Positions 11,839 to 25,679 of a stretch of 64,000 nt of DNA are shown here, piece by piece (position 1 is the stretch's first letter; the number at the start of each line of letters is the position of its first letter). The notes beneath the pieces were generated by a model that saw only the letters and a program-made list of their open reading frames with translations, made no database searches and was not told where the DNA came from. This stretch comes from Stegostoma tigrinum (lineage: Eukaryota): positions 12,942,093 through 13,006,092 of the forward strand of contig NC_081388.1 of the NCBI RefSeq assembly GCF_030684315.1. Reading direction: 5' to 3'. Both the position numbers and the translations under genes were made by a program.

Positions 11839-14539
11839 CACCTCTGTGAACGAAATTCCTCTTCTGTTTACAGCACCAGTGCTCTATACTCTACCACTGA
11901 TAATCAAACAGGCCTTAGACACAGAATGAATGGTGGGCAGGTCTAGCCCAGTGCCACAGTGCCATCTTTCAGTTGTCAGCTTTGTGCTATCGGCTACTTC
12001 AGTTCCATAGTGACCACACTTTAAGAGGTATTTCGTTGGCTGTGGAGCACTGAGGAATGTCACAAAAAAATTCTTCAGACTTCCTTTTCCCACAGGTAAG
12101 CAGCATTCCAGGGATTCGGTAAATTGGAATGCCACGCTCAAAGCAGGTCAACTCACCGTTGCACAATTCACACACACCAGGTCCAATCCTGGGTGCTCCC
12201 AGTTCAAAGAAGGCAGTGTGGAGATTGAATGGCTACAAAGAACATGCAGTGGATTACATTGAAGGCAGACTGAATAAACTTTATACAACAACTGTCATTT
12301 CTGTTCTCAACCATAACTGAACCAATAATGTACGATATCACATCACGGCAAGAGTAAAGCAGAAGGGAGGTAGCATCCCTGACAGCACATCATCTTTGTT
12401 GTTCACTTGCCTGCAAACCAATGTGCCTTTGACCTTTCCTGTCCTCTCACCTCCCAGTTCGAATATGTTCCAAATTCCCTTAAAATAAATCCATCCTGCA
12501 ATCATTCATAGTAATACTTCAAGATCTGCTGACCCATCTTCAATCTTTCAGACAGACTGTCAGATCTGATAGCCTGTGACATTAGGGCCCTTGAAACCAG
12601 AATGGAAAATCTGATGACATTTCATTCGAAAGTGAATTTGACCAATTTGACAGCACACAGTTGTTGACGATAGTAACAAATGCTGGGACACAAAAGCAAA
12701 ACTTGCGAATGGGCCAGCGACTGGTTGAAATTGCAGAAAGCATCAGGAGCTCGTTGGAGAAGGTAAAGTCGACTGGCAGGAAGAGCAGATGGCACAGGCC
12801 AGGGTCCAGAATGGAATCACTCTGTCTCTGTTTGATGTCAATAACTTGGGTATTTAACTGGGATAGGGAACGGCTGACTTTGTCCCTGATCCTGACCACT
12901 GTCATAATTCTGATAGCTCTGCTATCAGTCAGGACAGATTTCCTGATGATTCCAAAATGGGAGGAAGCAAGAACAGAAATTGATGAAAGGTTCTGGGCAA
13001 AACAGTGAAGGAAGAAAAACAACTATGGGCGATAACATGAGGTGATCTATGAATGGGATTGAAACAAAGGGGAAATGACGTTCAACCCATCCAATTACTG
13101 CGGAGCAGTATTGAACAGAGCTAATTATATAGTCTGAACTGTGGGAAGGCCATATTAAGGAGGTCCTGTTTACACTTGAAAGGGTTCTGGTTAGACCACA
13201 CCTAGTGGATTACGTTATTTGGCAGAACACAAGGATTTGGATCAGGAGTCGACTATAAAGCTCTTTGGGCCTGATTTACTGATCAATACCATCATGGCTG
13301 ATGTGACTGTGAACTTCATGCTCCTGCCTGGATCCCACTTGACCCCCCCATAATTCAGTAGATCAGACAATCTGCAAACTCTGCCTTGAAGATTATTTAC
13401 TGACTCAGCGTCCGTTGCTGTATCGGGCGGAGAAATCCAAAGATTCATGATCCTCCGAGAGAAGAAATTCCTTCTCATCTCTGTCCTAAAACGGGAAACC
13501 TGTCATTCTAAAACTGTGCCCCCCAACCAGTTCCGTTCATTTAGCTACAAGAAAGATGTACAAGCATCAAAGGCAATGCTGGAAAAAGGCATCAGTCTGA
13601 TAAGAACATAGGAAGGGGGGAGACCATTCAGCCCGTTGGGTCCATTCTGTTGTTCTATTCAATCATAAATGATCACTCTATCTACCTGCCTCAATCCCTT
13701 AAACATTAATACCATGTCTAATAAAAGAGCTCACATTCTGATCATTATGAGTAATGATTGGGCCCTTCACTTGTGAAGAGGTGTCTCATAAATAGCGTCA
13801 TAAAAATGACAGCAAAAGTGCAGAATAGAGACTCACCAAAGCTCCCTCAACAGCACTTTCCACACCTGCATCCTTTACCATCTGAATGGCCAATCGAAGC
13901 AGAATAATGGTTAGCAAGGCACCTGCGAGACCCCCCCGAAGCTACTCACCGTCCTGACTCGGAAACACACTATTGTTACAGTATTATCACTGGGTTGGAA
14001 ACTTGGAACTCCTTACCCACAGCAGTGATTCAGGAAGGTGCTTCACCACTGCTTTGTCAAGGTACAGGCAAGAAACAATGACACTGCCAGCAAGAACAAA
14101 GCAAAAAAATCAAAAGAAACTTGAACGTAACAAGGGCTTCTAATAGAGTAGTTGGAGAAAATGTTCCCACTGTCAACAGGGTCAGTAACCAGAGGCAACA
14201 GCTTTCAAATAATTGACAAAAAATAGACAGGGTGGAGGACAGCTTTGTCATGCAGCAAGCTGTTATGATTGAGAATAAACTGCCTGAGAGGGTGATGTAA
14301 ACAGATTGTGCAGTCACTTTCAAAAGCCGGTTGGATCTTCATATAAAAAGAAAAATAAAACTGGAGGGCTGTGAGAAAAGCAAGTCCCGACCCGAAATGT
14401 CAGCTTCCCTCCTCCTCTGATGCTGTCTGGCCTGCTGTATTCCTTCAGCTCCACGCTGTGTTATCTCTGACTCCAACATCGGCAGTTCTTGCTATCTCTT
14501 AGGAAAGCACAGAATTGGCATTGATATAACGGGCTGACT

Positions 14540-14880
14540 TTTTGATTTGATTTATTATTGTCACATGTACCTAGGTACAGTGAAAAGTTTTGTTTTCCGT
14601 GCAGTACAAGCAGATCCTACCATGCAAAGTACAGGAGGGTAATAGAACAGAGCGAGGAATAAAATGTTGCGGCTGCAGGAAGGTGCACAAAGACCGAGAT
14701 CTAGATTAAATGTGAAATTTGAGAGGTCCATTCAAAAATCTAATAACAGCAGGGAAGAAGCTGTTCTTGAATCTGTTGATCCATGCACTTAAACTTTTGT
14801 ATCTTCTGCCCAACAGAAGAGGTTGTAAGAGATTATAATCAGGGTGGGAGGGGTCTTTGATGATGTTGGCTGCATCTGGA
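14540..14880 (-). mobile_element. Rex1/Babar-like LINE 3' end
   Basis: ORF DPSHPDYNLLQPLLLGRRYKSLSAWINRFKNSFFP resembles the Rex1-type RT C-terminus; a second copy lies at 25680-26770. Confidence 0.6.
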
Positions 14881-16369
14881 ATTCCATTTGAGGTTAATAG
14901 GGCCAACACAGAGAAATACAGAACTGTCAGGTCTCTGCACCAGCAAGCTAGAAGGTAAAGCTGACATGTTGATTTCGGTGCATGGGCTGGGACAGTGTAA
15001 TAGTGGAAAGGCTGTGTGCTGTCAAAGGTGGGGTGTTCTTTTCTGGATGTGGTCCCATCATGTTACCATTGCCAGCAGTTCAGGACCTTGTTAAATGTCA
15101 GGATAAGCCAGGAGTTCTCACAATATCCTGGTTAACATTTCAGCCATGTCAGAAGCAATTAAGTGGCCAACTGTTTGTGGAACGTTGCTAGCTCATGTTC
15201 GTCTGCAACACAATGACTTATTTTTTGAAGGGCTAATGAGTGAAGGGAATTTGTAAGATTTTGAGGCAAAGAGTTGCCATGAGTGTTAATATACTCAAGC
15301 AGCGTACATGTACACTTTATGAAACAGAAATATGTCTGATCTGTCCTTCAAGATGTGTGTTTACAAACAAAATAGCTGTGCTTTGTCAGGGGTGACAGAA
15401 CATTCTCAAAATAAGTACAGCTCACTGCAAAGATAAAATAGCCGATAACTTTAATCCTTGAATACCAGGCTCTACAAAGTGGAAATCTATCTCACTCAGT
15501 GCTATTCAATTCCTGGCAAAAGCCAAAACAGTTGGACCACAGCCACCATCATACAATTACAACAAGAGCTCGAGGAGCTGGGAATATTAAGGAAACTTCT
15601 CAGGCCTAGAGATGGAGGGGCAAGAAAGGCAATTCAGCAAGACAGTGGTAGGGATGGATGAAGATGGGAATTTGGGGGGAAATGTGAGGAAGGGGGGACA
15701 CATGGGTGAAATTGGCGCTCCGAAAGTAGAAAAGGGAGTAAGACAAAGGAGGAATGAGATGAAATAATGGGAGAGTGGGACTATCAAAAAAGGCAAAAAG
15801 GAGGTGAGTAGAAGGGGAGAATGGGTATTGGGAAGACAGAGAGTGATAGCAGGAGGAACTGTATGGGCGTGGTGGGGGCTGATATTTACACTTGAAGGAG
15901 AAACTTTGGACCCATTCGCACTAGGTGGTCCAGAAACCAAAATAAAAACAGAAATTGCTGGAAAAGCTCAGCACGTCTGGCAGCATCTGTGTAGAGAAAA
16001 CAGAGTTAATGTTTCAGGTCCGGTGACCCTTCCTCAGAGCCCCTCAAGATCATTGGGAAAACCTCTTCAAGTTATCTCAGTCCAAGTCAATACAGCAGGA
16101 AGCAAGAAGCTGGAATGAATATAGAAATTCTGGTTTACAGTAACTTTTTTTTAACCAAAAAGGTAACGATGGGATTTTGGAGGAAAGTGACACAAAGTTG
16201 TATTCTAGGAAAATAAACTTCAGTGGCCCCCAAAGGAAGGTATTGCTAGACTAACATACCTCACTGTCAGCGGTGCCACCTTATCAAGGGATGGGGCATT
16301 AGATTTTCAAACCATTTTCAAATGACCTGGAAGTATGCTTTTCCTCTCTTCCTTCCTCAGGAAGATTGC

Positions 16370-17170
16370 AATCGGATGTCCTCCGGGTTCCTCAATCGTG
16401 ACTGTTCTTTCCTCCCCATCATTTCATATTGGTCTGTTCTGACAGATCGCTCCCAATAACTTCCGACAATGCTGCCCGAACTTCACTCCAGCCCGGGCAG
16501 CTCCCCTCCCTAATACTATTCAAGAATTCAATGCTCGGGAGTGCCTCCAAATTTCCCTGTCTTTCAACCCCACCCCTGCCCCGTTCCTAATTCTCAGAAA
16601 AGTAACAGGGCAAAACAAGCTCAGTGAAATCTTCAATACGAAATCCCGGCTAAATCTCCATGAACTGATCGATTTATAGAAAACGCACCGGGTTCCGTAC
16701 AGGAGGGTAGTGTTTGCAAAGTTGCTTATTTTAAAAGAAAAGTTCCATTTTGCAGAAAAAGAGACTTTCCCATCACTTTCAGGCAACTGATCAATTTCAC
16801 AACGGCACGGTTTCAACAGCAACATACAACAAATGCAAAAATCAGGATTAAAATGATCAAAGTATTTTCAAATAAACGACACGCAAACAAAATTAAGTGA
16901 CTTACACAGAGTTGTCCTCCCAGGGTTTGCAGCCAAAGCTCCAACTGAGAAGCTGAAATCTTTCCGACACTAACTGCGAGTGATTGCATTAAGGGACTCT
17001 CTCTAAATTGCCACATCTGATACAAGTGTGAGCCTTAACCCTCAGCAACAACACAAACCGCTGAACGTCATGATCTGATGATGCAGGATCTTGGGAGTGC
17101 TGTGCTAGCTAATCGCCAGAAACATCTGTAACATTGGAATGGTGCAGCATTGAAGTGTCCGTGCTGGCTC
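16370..17170 (-). promoter_or_regulatory. CpG-enriched candidate promoter and first exon (donor at 16900-16905), possibly KANK2
   Basis: Roughly 25 CpGs in 800 bp of unique sequence against a CpG-poor background; minus-strand ...GGACAACTCTGT|gtaagt. KANK2 lies directly 3' of DOCK6 on the same strand in human. Confidence 0.4.
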
Positions 17171-18521
17171 GTGGAAACAGGGATTCAGTTGGAATACCCC
17201 CAACACAAAACTCTACAATTTGTTTTACCCGCCTCTGGTAAATAACTGATTCCAATTATTTTACTATTATTTGGTGCTTATATTTTTACCTCTTTCAGGG
17301 GATTGGTTGCCCAACCCTGATTTTACAGTCATTGGTCATTTTAGAGGACAGTTTGTTTTAATCATTCACAGGATAGGGTTGTCTCTAGGTGGGCCAACGC
17401 TTATTGCCCAGAGGACGGATGAGAGTCAACATCACTCGACTTTTAATTTCAGATTTTTATTGAATTCAAATTCCACCATCTGCTGCAGTGGAATTTGAAT
17501 TTGGGTCCTCGGAACATTACTTGGGTCTCTGAATTAATAGGTCCAGTGATAATACCACTAGGCCATCACCTCCCCTCTAGGGAAAAGGCAGTCATCACGT
17601 TGTTGTGGGTCTGGAGTTACAGGCAGACTAGATAAATACAGCAACTTTCTCTCCCTAAATAACTTAGTAAATAATTTACAACAATGCGACCTGTTGACCA
17701 ACACACATTTATTTATTGAATTTAATTCCAGCAGCAGGTGTGTCTACTATTTGTGGTGAACATCACTTTGACTCTATATCGTTGTGAGCTGCTGCAGGAG
17801 CAATGCATAAGAGTCTTACAGCAAGGGTGAGTCGAAACCTCCTTCAGCTCATCACAAGCGAAACCAAAATGATTCTCTTTGGAAATACTCGTGTGGTTTC
17901 CCAGAAACACTGATTACACACTCATTTGGAATATCCTGCTTGGTTTTGGAAGCTAAATTTCCCTGCAGACGAGGAAGCTGAGTGGTAGACCGACTGGGAG
18001 TTTAAAACAACAAAGCGTATTGATAAGGAACTCCAGGAGCTGGTCAGGACAGGGACTTAAACGTTTTAAGTGCCAACAAAAGCAGCTAAAGTCGATTCTA
18101 AGAATTTCTCTTTCCCCATCGCCACAATCCTCCAAGCTGACTGGCTGTGGGGTACTAAACCAGACTGTTTCAGCTACTCACAACCAGAGTCAGCCAGTGG
18201 AGTTTACTGAAGAAGGAGGGTGAGATTTGGACTTGCTGACGAAAGTATCGGAGTAGGTATGACACCTTATCCAGGCTTGGTAGCTCTTCATCTCTTCAGT
18301 CCAATTCATAAGAACATAAGAACGAGGAGCAGGAGTAGGCCGTCTGGTCCGTCGAGCCTGCTCCGCCATTCAATAAGATCGTGGCTGATCTTTTCATGGA
18401 CTCAGATCCACTTACCCGCGCTCTCACCATTTCTCTTAATGCCTTTATAGTTCAAAAAAATCTACTTTATCTTGAAAAATGTTTAAATTCGTCATTCTTT
18501 CTTCATTCCCCTAAATCTCTC

Positions 18522-18760
18522 AAATAAAAACCAAAAGAACTCAGATGCTATAAATCAAAAACACAAACAAAGTTGCTGGAAAAGCTCAGCAGGTCTGGCA
18601 GCATCCGTGAAGGAGAAAACAGAGTTAACGTTTCGGGTCCAGTGACCCTTCCTCAGAATGTTCCAAGGAAGGGTCACCGGACCCGAAAGGTTAACTCTGT
18701 TTTCTCCTTCACAGATGCTGCCAGACCTGCTGAGCTTTTCCAGCAACTTTGTTTGTGTTT
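18522..18760. mobile_element. Fold-back non-autonomous Penelope-derived element (family B)
   Basis: 100-bp inverted arms at 18559-18658 and 18661-18760 (~5 mismatches); flanking TTCCCCT(A/T)AATCTCT duplication at 18506-18520 and 18759-18773. Confidence 0.85.
18624..18658 (-). ncRNA. Minimal type-I hammerhead ribozyme motif (PLE-type)
   Basis: TT-CTGAGGA-A-GGGTC-ACTG-GACCC-GAAAC-GTT-AAC: core, 5-bp stem II, GAAA, palindromic stem III region and an NUH site. Confidence 0.65.
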
Positions 18761-20050
18761 CCCCTTAATCTCTTTGCTTCCAAAGTGTATTTGTCTTCCT
18801 TTCGATGCTTCCAGCTAGTTCTGTATCTGGGGTCCAGATATAGCCTGTTCACTTTTTGTGGTGTTACCAGGTGGAGGTGAGGGGTGGAGCAAACTTTTAG
18901 AGTCACTGTTAACTGTTATTTTTTAATTTAATTGTCCCTGGAATTCTCAATAAACTCACCCCTCAATTCGTCATCTCTAGGAATATAGCCCATACTCACA
19001 AAATCTCAGGTATTGTTCCAGTGAGTTGTTGCTGCACTTTAAGTTCTAAGTCTGAATATGATACTCCAGTTGAGTGTTTGCACAGTGCTTTGTAACCCAC
19101 TGTAGTGTTTCCAAAGAGGATGGGGTTTGGTTTTGCTGATGCTGAGCAAAAGGAATTTTTGCCTCATTGATACTGCGGAGGCTTGGCTCGTGCTGCAAAA
19201 CTGTCGCGCAGTGTCCCTTTTTGACTTTATAATTCTGCTGTATCATATTTTATTACAAACTTCTTTTATCCTCCCTATAGAAATAGCAAGCTAACAACCA
19301 AACTGTTGAATTGAATTATGAATAGCTGTGCAGAAGTTCCTAGTGTAGGATTTAAACTTAAATTCTAACTCAGAAGCAACGGTGCTACAAGACCTCTAAG
19401 ATGAGGTTGACAGCACAAATTGAAATAAATGATTAGAACTTGAGAAATGTTACAGACATGTGGTTTCAGGGTGAGCCGGGGAGGGAACTTAATAATCAAG
19501 GGTATTTGACAGTCTGAATGAATAGGCAAAATGGAAAAAGAGTTTTGCTAATAAAGGGAGGTATCAGTGCAGTGGTTGGTAGTGACATGGGTACCAGAGG
19601 AATCAGGATGGAAATAAGATATTGCACGGGGAAGAATTCATGGCTGGGAGACACTTATAGGCCCCTGAAAAGCTGTCTCTCGGACAATGTATAAATCAGT
19701 GAGTAAGAGAGGTGTATGAGAAGGACACTAGAATTTTAATCTGCATAGTGACTGGACAAATCAAATGAGCAAAGATAACATGGAAAACAAATTTGTTCAG
19801 TACATCAGGGATTTTTTTGTTTCTTCGAGCAGCATATAGACTGAGAACTGATCTAGTGATGCATAACAAGGTCTGATTAATAAGAGATTTTTGCAGTTAA
19901 GAATCCTCAAGGGGCAGCAATCACAATATGGTAGAATTTCAAATGCAGTTTGAGGGAGAGGCAATGTGGGTCTCAAACCGGTGTCCTCAAAATAAGGGCA
20001 ATGACAGAGGTATGAAGAAACGGTTGTGCAAAGTGAGCTAGTGAAATAGG

Positions 20051-20421
20051 ATGTGAGTTTGCTCACTGAGCTGGAAGGTTAGTTTTCAGATGTTTCATGA
20101 CCATTCTAGGTAACATCATCAGTGAGCCTCTGATGAAGCGCTGGTGTTATGTCCCACTTTCTATTTATCTGTTTAGGTTTCCTCATTGGCTCCAAATCAA
20201 TCTACCATCCCCTGAGAAAAAGAACAGGAAATGACATCACCAACCCAAGGAAACCTAACCAGATAAATAGAAAGCGGGACATAACACCGGCACTTCGTCG
20301 GAGGCTCACTGATGATATTACCTAGAATGGTGACGAAACGTCTGAAAACTAACCTTCTAGCTCAGCGAGCAAACTCACATCCAGAACCTCAACCTGAGCT
20401 ACAAATCTTCTCAAAAAACTC
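20051..20421. mobile_element. Fold-back Penelope-derived element (family C)
   Basis: ~135-bp inverted arms (~20049-20183 and ~20248-20382); perfect 14-bp TSD GCTAGTGAAATAGG at 20037-20050 and 20422-20435. Confidence 0.85.
20306..20345 (+). ncRNA. Minimal hammerhead ribozyme motif (family C)
   Basis: TCA-CTGATGA-T-ATTACC-TAGAAT-GGTGAC-GAAAC-GTC-TGA; stem I TCA/TGA and GUC cleavage triplet; the opposite arm keeps GTTACC in stem II. Confidence 0.65.
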
Positions 20422-22929
20422 GCTAGTGAAATAGGCTAAGGGGAAGGTCAGCAGATGGGAGTGGGAGACATCTTAGATAGATAGTTCATAACTTTTGGCA
20501 ACAATTTATTCTGCCAAAAAGGACTCAATGAGAATCATATGCCACCTGTGGATATTCTCCTTGACTGCCTTTGTTGAGCAGTTGCAAACTAAAGCAGTGA
20601 AAACTAGAGCAGAAGATTGGGGATTTGTTTTTTTAGGAACCAGCTGCTGATGGCTAAAAATTTAATAAAAGAGAGAGAAAATCGATGATGGAAATGAACA
20701 GGCAAGAAATGTAAAAATTTACAGATAGAAAAATAAAAGAGAAGCTGAAGTGAGTGTTGGACCCTTGGTGGGTGCGATTACGGAGTTGATAATGGAGAAC
20801 AAAGAATTTAAACCAATAAAACTGTGTCCTCATGTGGAGGATACTGTAAATGTCCTAAAGGTATCAATAGGCGAGGTGCTAATGGGAAGAAAGATCCTGC
20901 AACAGTCTCTATTACGAGGGACAAAGAATGTAACAAATTAATAGGATCAAAGACATACAAGTTGGCAGGACTTGATGGCCTGCATCCAAGGGTTTTAAAT
21001 GGTGTGTTGGCAGAGATAGTGGAGGTATTAGTTGAAATATTCCAGAACTCAATGGATTTAAGAGGGTTCCAGTGGATTAGAAACCACTAATGTACTCCCC
21101 TGTTCAAGAAGGGAGGGAGACAGAAAACAGAGAATTATAGGCCAGTTATAGTCAGAGTTATACAGCATGGAAACAGACCCTTCGGTCCAACTCGTCCATG
21201 CCGACCAGATATCCTAAATTAATCTAGTCCCATTTGCCAGCATTTGGCCCATATCCCTCTAAACCCTTCCTATTTATATACATATCCAGATGCCTTTTAA
21301 ATGCTGTAATCATACCAGCCTCCACCACTTCCTCTGGCAGCTCATTCCATTCACACACCACCCTCTGTGTGAAACAGATGCCTGTTAGGGCCATTTTAAA
21401 TCTCTCCCCCTCACCTTAAATCTATGCCCTCTAGTTTTGGACAGTCGTACCCTGGTTAAAAGGACCTTGACTATTCCCCCTATCAATGCTCCACATAAAC
21501 CCTGGAAGGTCACCCCTCAGCCTCTGATGCTCCAGGGAAAATAGTCCCAGCCTATTCGGCCTATTTCTATAGTTCACACCCTTCAAACCCAGCAACATTC
21601 TTGTAAATCGTTTCTGAATCCTTTCAAGTTTAACATCTTTGCTATAGCAGGGAGACCAGAATTGAACAGTGTTCCAGTAGTTGGCCTAACATCAGACTTT
21701 GGGAAAATTCTAGAGTCCTTTATTAAGGAAGAAATAGCAAGGCAGTTAGAAAAGCAGAACGTAATCCAGTAGAGTCAACATGGCTTTGTGGGATGAAAAT
21801 CGGGTTTAAACCAATTTGTTAAGAGTTCTTTGAGGACATACCACGCAGACTTGACAAAGGGGAACTGGGAGTTGAGTTATATTTTGGATTCCCAGAAGCA
21901 TTCAATAAAGTGTGACTTACAAGGTAGGGGCTGATTTTTGGAGGTAATTGATTAGCATGGATTGAAGATTGGTTAAACACATGGAAGATAGAAAATTGGG
22001 ATTAATATGTTTTTTTTTCAGGCTGCAAAGATGACTAGTGGAGTGCCACAAGGATCAATCTTAGCAAATAATTGAGGGCCTATCCACTTGAAGACATGGA
22101 GGAGGCAGAATAACAAAATTTGCTGCTGATACAAAATGGGAGGGAGGGCATGTTGTAGTGAACATAAGGAATCTGCATGAAGATATAAAAACCAAAAGAA
22201 CTGCAGATGCTGTAAATCAGAAACAAAATCAGAAGTTACTGGATAAGCTCAGCACGTCCGGCAGCGGCCGTGAAGAGAAATCAGAGTTAATGTTTCAGTT
22301 CCGGTGTCCCTTCCTCAGAACTGATCATTTAACGAAAAGGTAGATTGATTTCTTAACAAATTGGGAAATTGAGGGAGATAATGAGCTAGCATGAAAGATG
22401 AGTTGAGGCCTGGGGTAGATCAGCCATGATCTTATTGAATAGTGGGACAGGCTTGAGGGGCTGAATGGTCTACTTCTGCTCCGATTTCTTATAGGTCTTC
22501 ACAGTGATGTACAATGGAAATGTTGCTTGAGATAGCCAGCCATGATGCAGTTTCTGCTTGCCTTGTTATTCCAGACACAGGTCTCCTTCCTCATCCCTAC
22601 AGTACTTCAGCCCACCCTCCTATGTCTACCCCTCCATACGGCCAATTTCTCAAGAAGTATTCAGCCACCCGCTCATATCTTTCTAATTCCTGACCTGGCC
22701 AGGTAGCTCCTTAATTATCAGTTATGTACATTTTCTTCGTCAATCTAGGATTCCACCCCACTGCCTTCACAGGCCCTAATTTATGTTTCCAGTAACTTTC
22801 TCACTTTGTAAACTCCTGTTAATTCTCTCCTGATGTTAGAATTCTAGAATCCCCACAGTGTGAAAGCAGGTCATTTGGCCCATCTGACCTTCTAAAGAGG
22901 GTCCCAACTAGACCAATTCCTGCCAATTC

Positions 22930-23195
22930 ACAGAGGCAATGGTGGCATTTGGATTCAATAAATATCTGGAAGTAACAGTCTAACGATGGTCGTGAATCCA
23001 TTGCTGATTGTTGAAAAACCCATCTGGTTCACTAATGTCCTTTAGGGAAGGAAACTGCCAACTTCCTGGTCTGGCCTACGTGTGACTTCAGACCCACAGC
23101 AACATGGTTGGCTTATAACTGTCTTCTGGGCAATTAGGGATGGGCAAGAAATGCTAGCCGAGCCAGCGACACCCTCATCCTGTGAATGAATAAAG
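22930..23195 (+). mobile_element. SINE body/tail of a second family (also ~17440-17577 minus, 35270-35530, 51948-52285, 57180-57530 minus)
   Basis: Shared CATCTGGTTCACTAATGTCCTTTAGGGAAGGAAA core and a ...TGAATGAAT tail matching the LINE at 2230-2785; the 51948 copy has a tRNA-like head. Confidence 0.7.
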
Positions 23196-23599
23196 AGAAA
23201 ATAAACTCCCTTATCCTGTAACCCTGCATTTCCCTTGGCCAATCCAGCTAACCTACACATCCAATTTGAGATCCTCATCCATCTTCATATCGGTTTTCTT
23301 TCCTACTCCACTTGACCTCAGTAATCTCTTTTTACCTGACTGTGGATTGTGCCTCCCCCTGGATTACTGCTGGGTCCCTCTTCCCATTGCTCACAATCAC
23401 CACCCCCACAACAAAGCCACATGGTCTTCCACCATTTAAATCTTTCTCTGCAATGTTAATTTTTAGTTTATCTTTCTTTTGTTCTTTCCCATCTCATGAT
23501 CAAGATCCTACGGCTTTTCTTATCAATGTTGGAGAGTTCTGGGTAATTGTATGTTAATGAGACCAGCTTCTACAGTCTCTCTCTTTGTGGAATGTGTCA

Positions 23600-24840
23600 G
23601 ACCACACAACAGCAACCTATGGGTTCAGTCAAGGCCAAGTAACTCCTGATCTTATTATAACCTTGGTTCAAATTTAGACAAGAGTTGATTCCAGGAGTGA
23701 CGTGAGAGTGACTGCCTTTCTCATCAGAATTACATTTGACTGAGTATGGAAAATTAGAGTCAGTGGAAATAGGCATTGAAACTCTCTGCTCATTGGGAGT
23801 CATTCCTGGCACATAGGAAAATGGTTGTGGTTGCTGGAGGTTAGTCATCTCAATTCCAGGAGTTTCCTATAGGAGTTGCTCAGGGTAGTGTCCTAGGCTC
23901 AAACATCTTCAACTGCTTCATCAATGTCCTTTCTATCATCATAAGGTTACAAGTGAGGATGTTCAATACCATTTGCGATTTCTCAGACACTAAAGCAGTC
24001 CATGTTCAAATGCAGCAAGACCTAGAGAATATCCAGGCTTGGGTTGAGACATAGCAAATAACATTCACACCATACAAGTGTCAGACAATTACCATCAGCG
24101 TCAAGAGAGAATCAAACCATCCCTGCTTGACATTCAATGGCATTACATCACCAAAACCCTACTATTAACCTTGCAGGAGTCATGAATGATCAAGGGGCTG
24201 GTTAGCTGAGTTGTGATATAGAATGATGCCAAACTTATGTGTTCAATTCCCATCATTGGCTGAGGTTATCATACAGGCGCAACCCTATCAACTTCATCCC
24301 TCACGTGAACTGGTTGGCTCTATAGCTCCCTAATAACAAAGCAGTCCTATGGTCCTCTAGAACTATGGTGATTTTACCTTTCCAACAACCAGGAAATGAA
24401 CTGGACTAGCAATAAAAAAAACTATGGCTACAAGAGCAGTTTAGAGACTGGAAATCCTTCACGTCTATCCACCATCCACAAGTCACAAGCCAGGAGTGTG
24501 ATGGAACATTCCCCACTTGCCTGGGTGTGTGCAGCTCCAACAAATAGGAAGCTCAGCACCACCCAGGAGAAAGCAGCTGCCTGATTGGCACCACATAAAC
24601 AAACACTCATTCCCTCCCTCACTGATGCTCAGAAAACTTTAGATAACACTTGTCCATCCCTGACCACTTTAGCTAGAAGGACAACATCAGAAGATGCTTG
24701 AGGATAGCACCACCAACAAGTTCCTCTATTGCCATTTCTTCATTGTCTCTTGGGCAAACTCCTGGAATTGCCTCACTAATAACACTGTGTCTCATCAGCA
24801 AATGGACCCGAGCATTTTAAGGTAGCTCACCAATAAGGCA
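23600..24840. mobile_element. LINE RT remnants (L2/CR1-group)
   Basis: GVAQGSVLG motif at ~23872-23898 and a downstream 3' region like 2230-2785. Confidence 0.6.
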
Positions 24841-25679
24841 GCCAAGGACACATTTCACATATTTTTAAAAACAATCCTAAGCGGTCATTTGGCCCACTCC
24901 TGCTCCTATTTCTTCAGACAGTTTGGAATAAGTCGCCTGAGAGTGTGGTGGTGACAGGTTCGATTAAAGCAGTCTAATTGTCCTTTGAATGTTATCTGAA
25001 AGACGAGAAAAATGCAGAGTTATTGAAAGAAGGCAAATGAGTGAAATGCTGATTTGGAGAGAGCTGGCATAGGCACAGTGATCCAGGAGGCCGCCTTCTA
25101 TTCTATAATAATTGTCACTTCACCTTCTAATGTGTAATTCTGGCAGTGTCAATGGAAATGTCATCAAACAGACTGCTTCATTGCCTTGGGGATGATATCT
25201 AGTTGAGGGAAGATGACAAGAACAGGGAAGAGGTCTTTAATACTGAATGTGCTACCCAAATACTGAGCCATATTGGTCAGAGACCTTGGTCTGATTCCTG
25301 TTCTAAGCTGGGTTTGTTGACCGAGGTCAGGTTAGTAAATGTGCCACTGTTGCCCACACTAATTCAGGAGAGGAAAAGTAAGCTAGACTTCCTGGTCAAG
25401 ATCTAACAAGCTTTGCCAGTCAAAGGCAGGATCTATGTCTCAGTTGGAACTGACTGGTTAGATTGTGATGCCAATATTGGAGAATAGCCTGCCAAAATAT
25501 TGGCAGAAACCATAACTCGAGCAAAGGATGGGGAATAAAGGGGTTGACCTATTCCTTCTGGTACTGAAGTAGATATTTTGAGACACTCCCCAAGAACAGG
25601 GACATTTTTACTCTGTGTAGTTCACATTTCAAATCATGTTTATGGTTGATTCTTGACTTGATATTCCACAAACCGTGAA

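Larger units (their letters stand above)
19740..22495 (+). mobile_element. Old degenerate CR1-clade LINE with nested insertions
   Basis: RT-region remnants (AGLDGLHPRVL..., ENYRPV, SGVPQGSIL) and a CR1 tail GATCAGCCATGATCTTATTGAAT; interrupted at 20051-20421, ~21150-21680 (minus CR1) and 22184-22322. Confidence 0.75.

Noticed and set aside
12582-13022. Overlapping 146-aa (minus) and 115-aa (plus) ORFs in unique DNA
   Set aside because: No ATG start, no recognisable motif and no convincing splice sites; consistent with chance.
18559-18760. Fold-back elements as DNA-transposon MITEs or miRNA precursors
   Set aside because: Arms are asymmetric PLE termini with variable long TSDs and are multi-copy; no transposase-type TIR/TSD signature.
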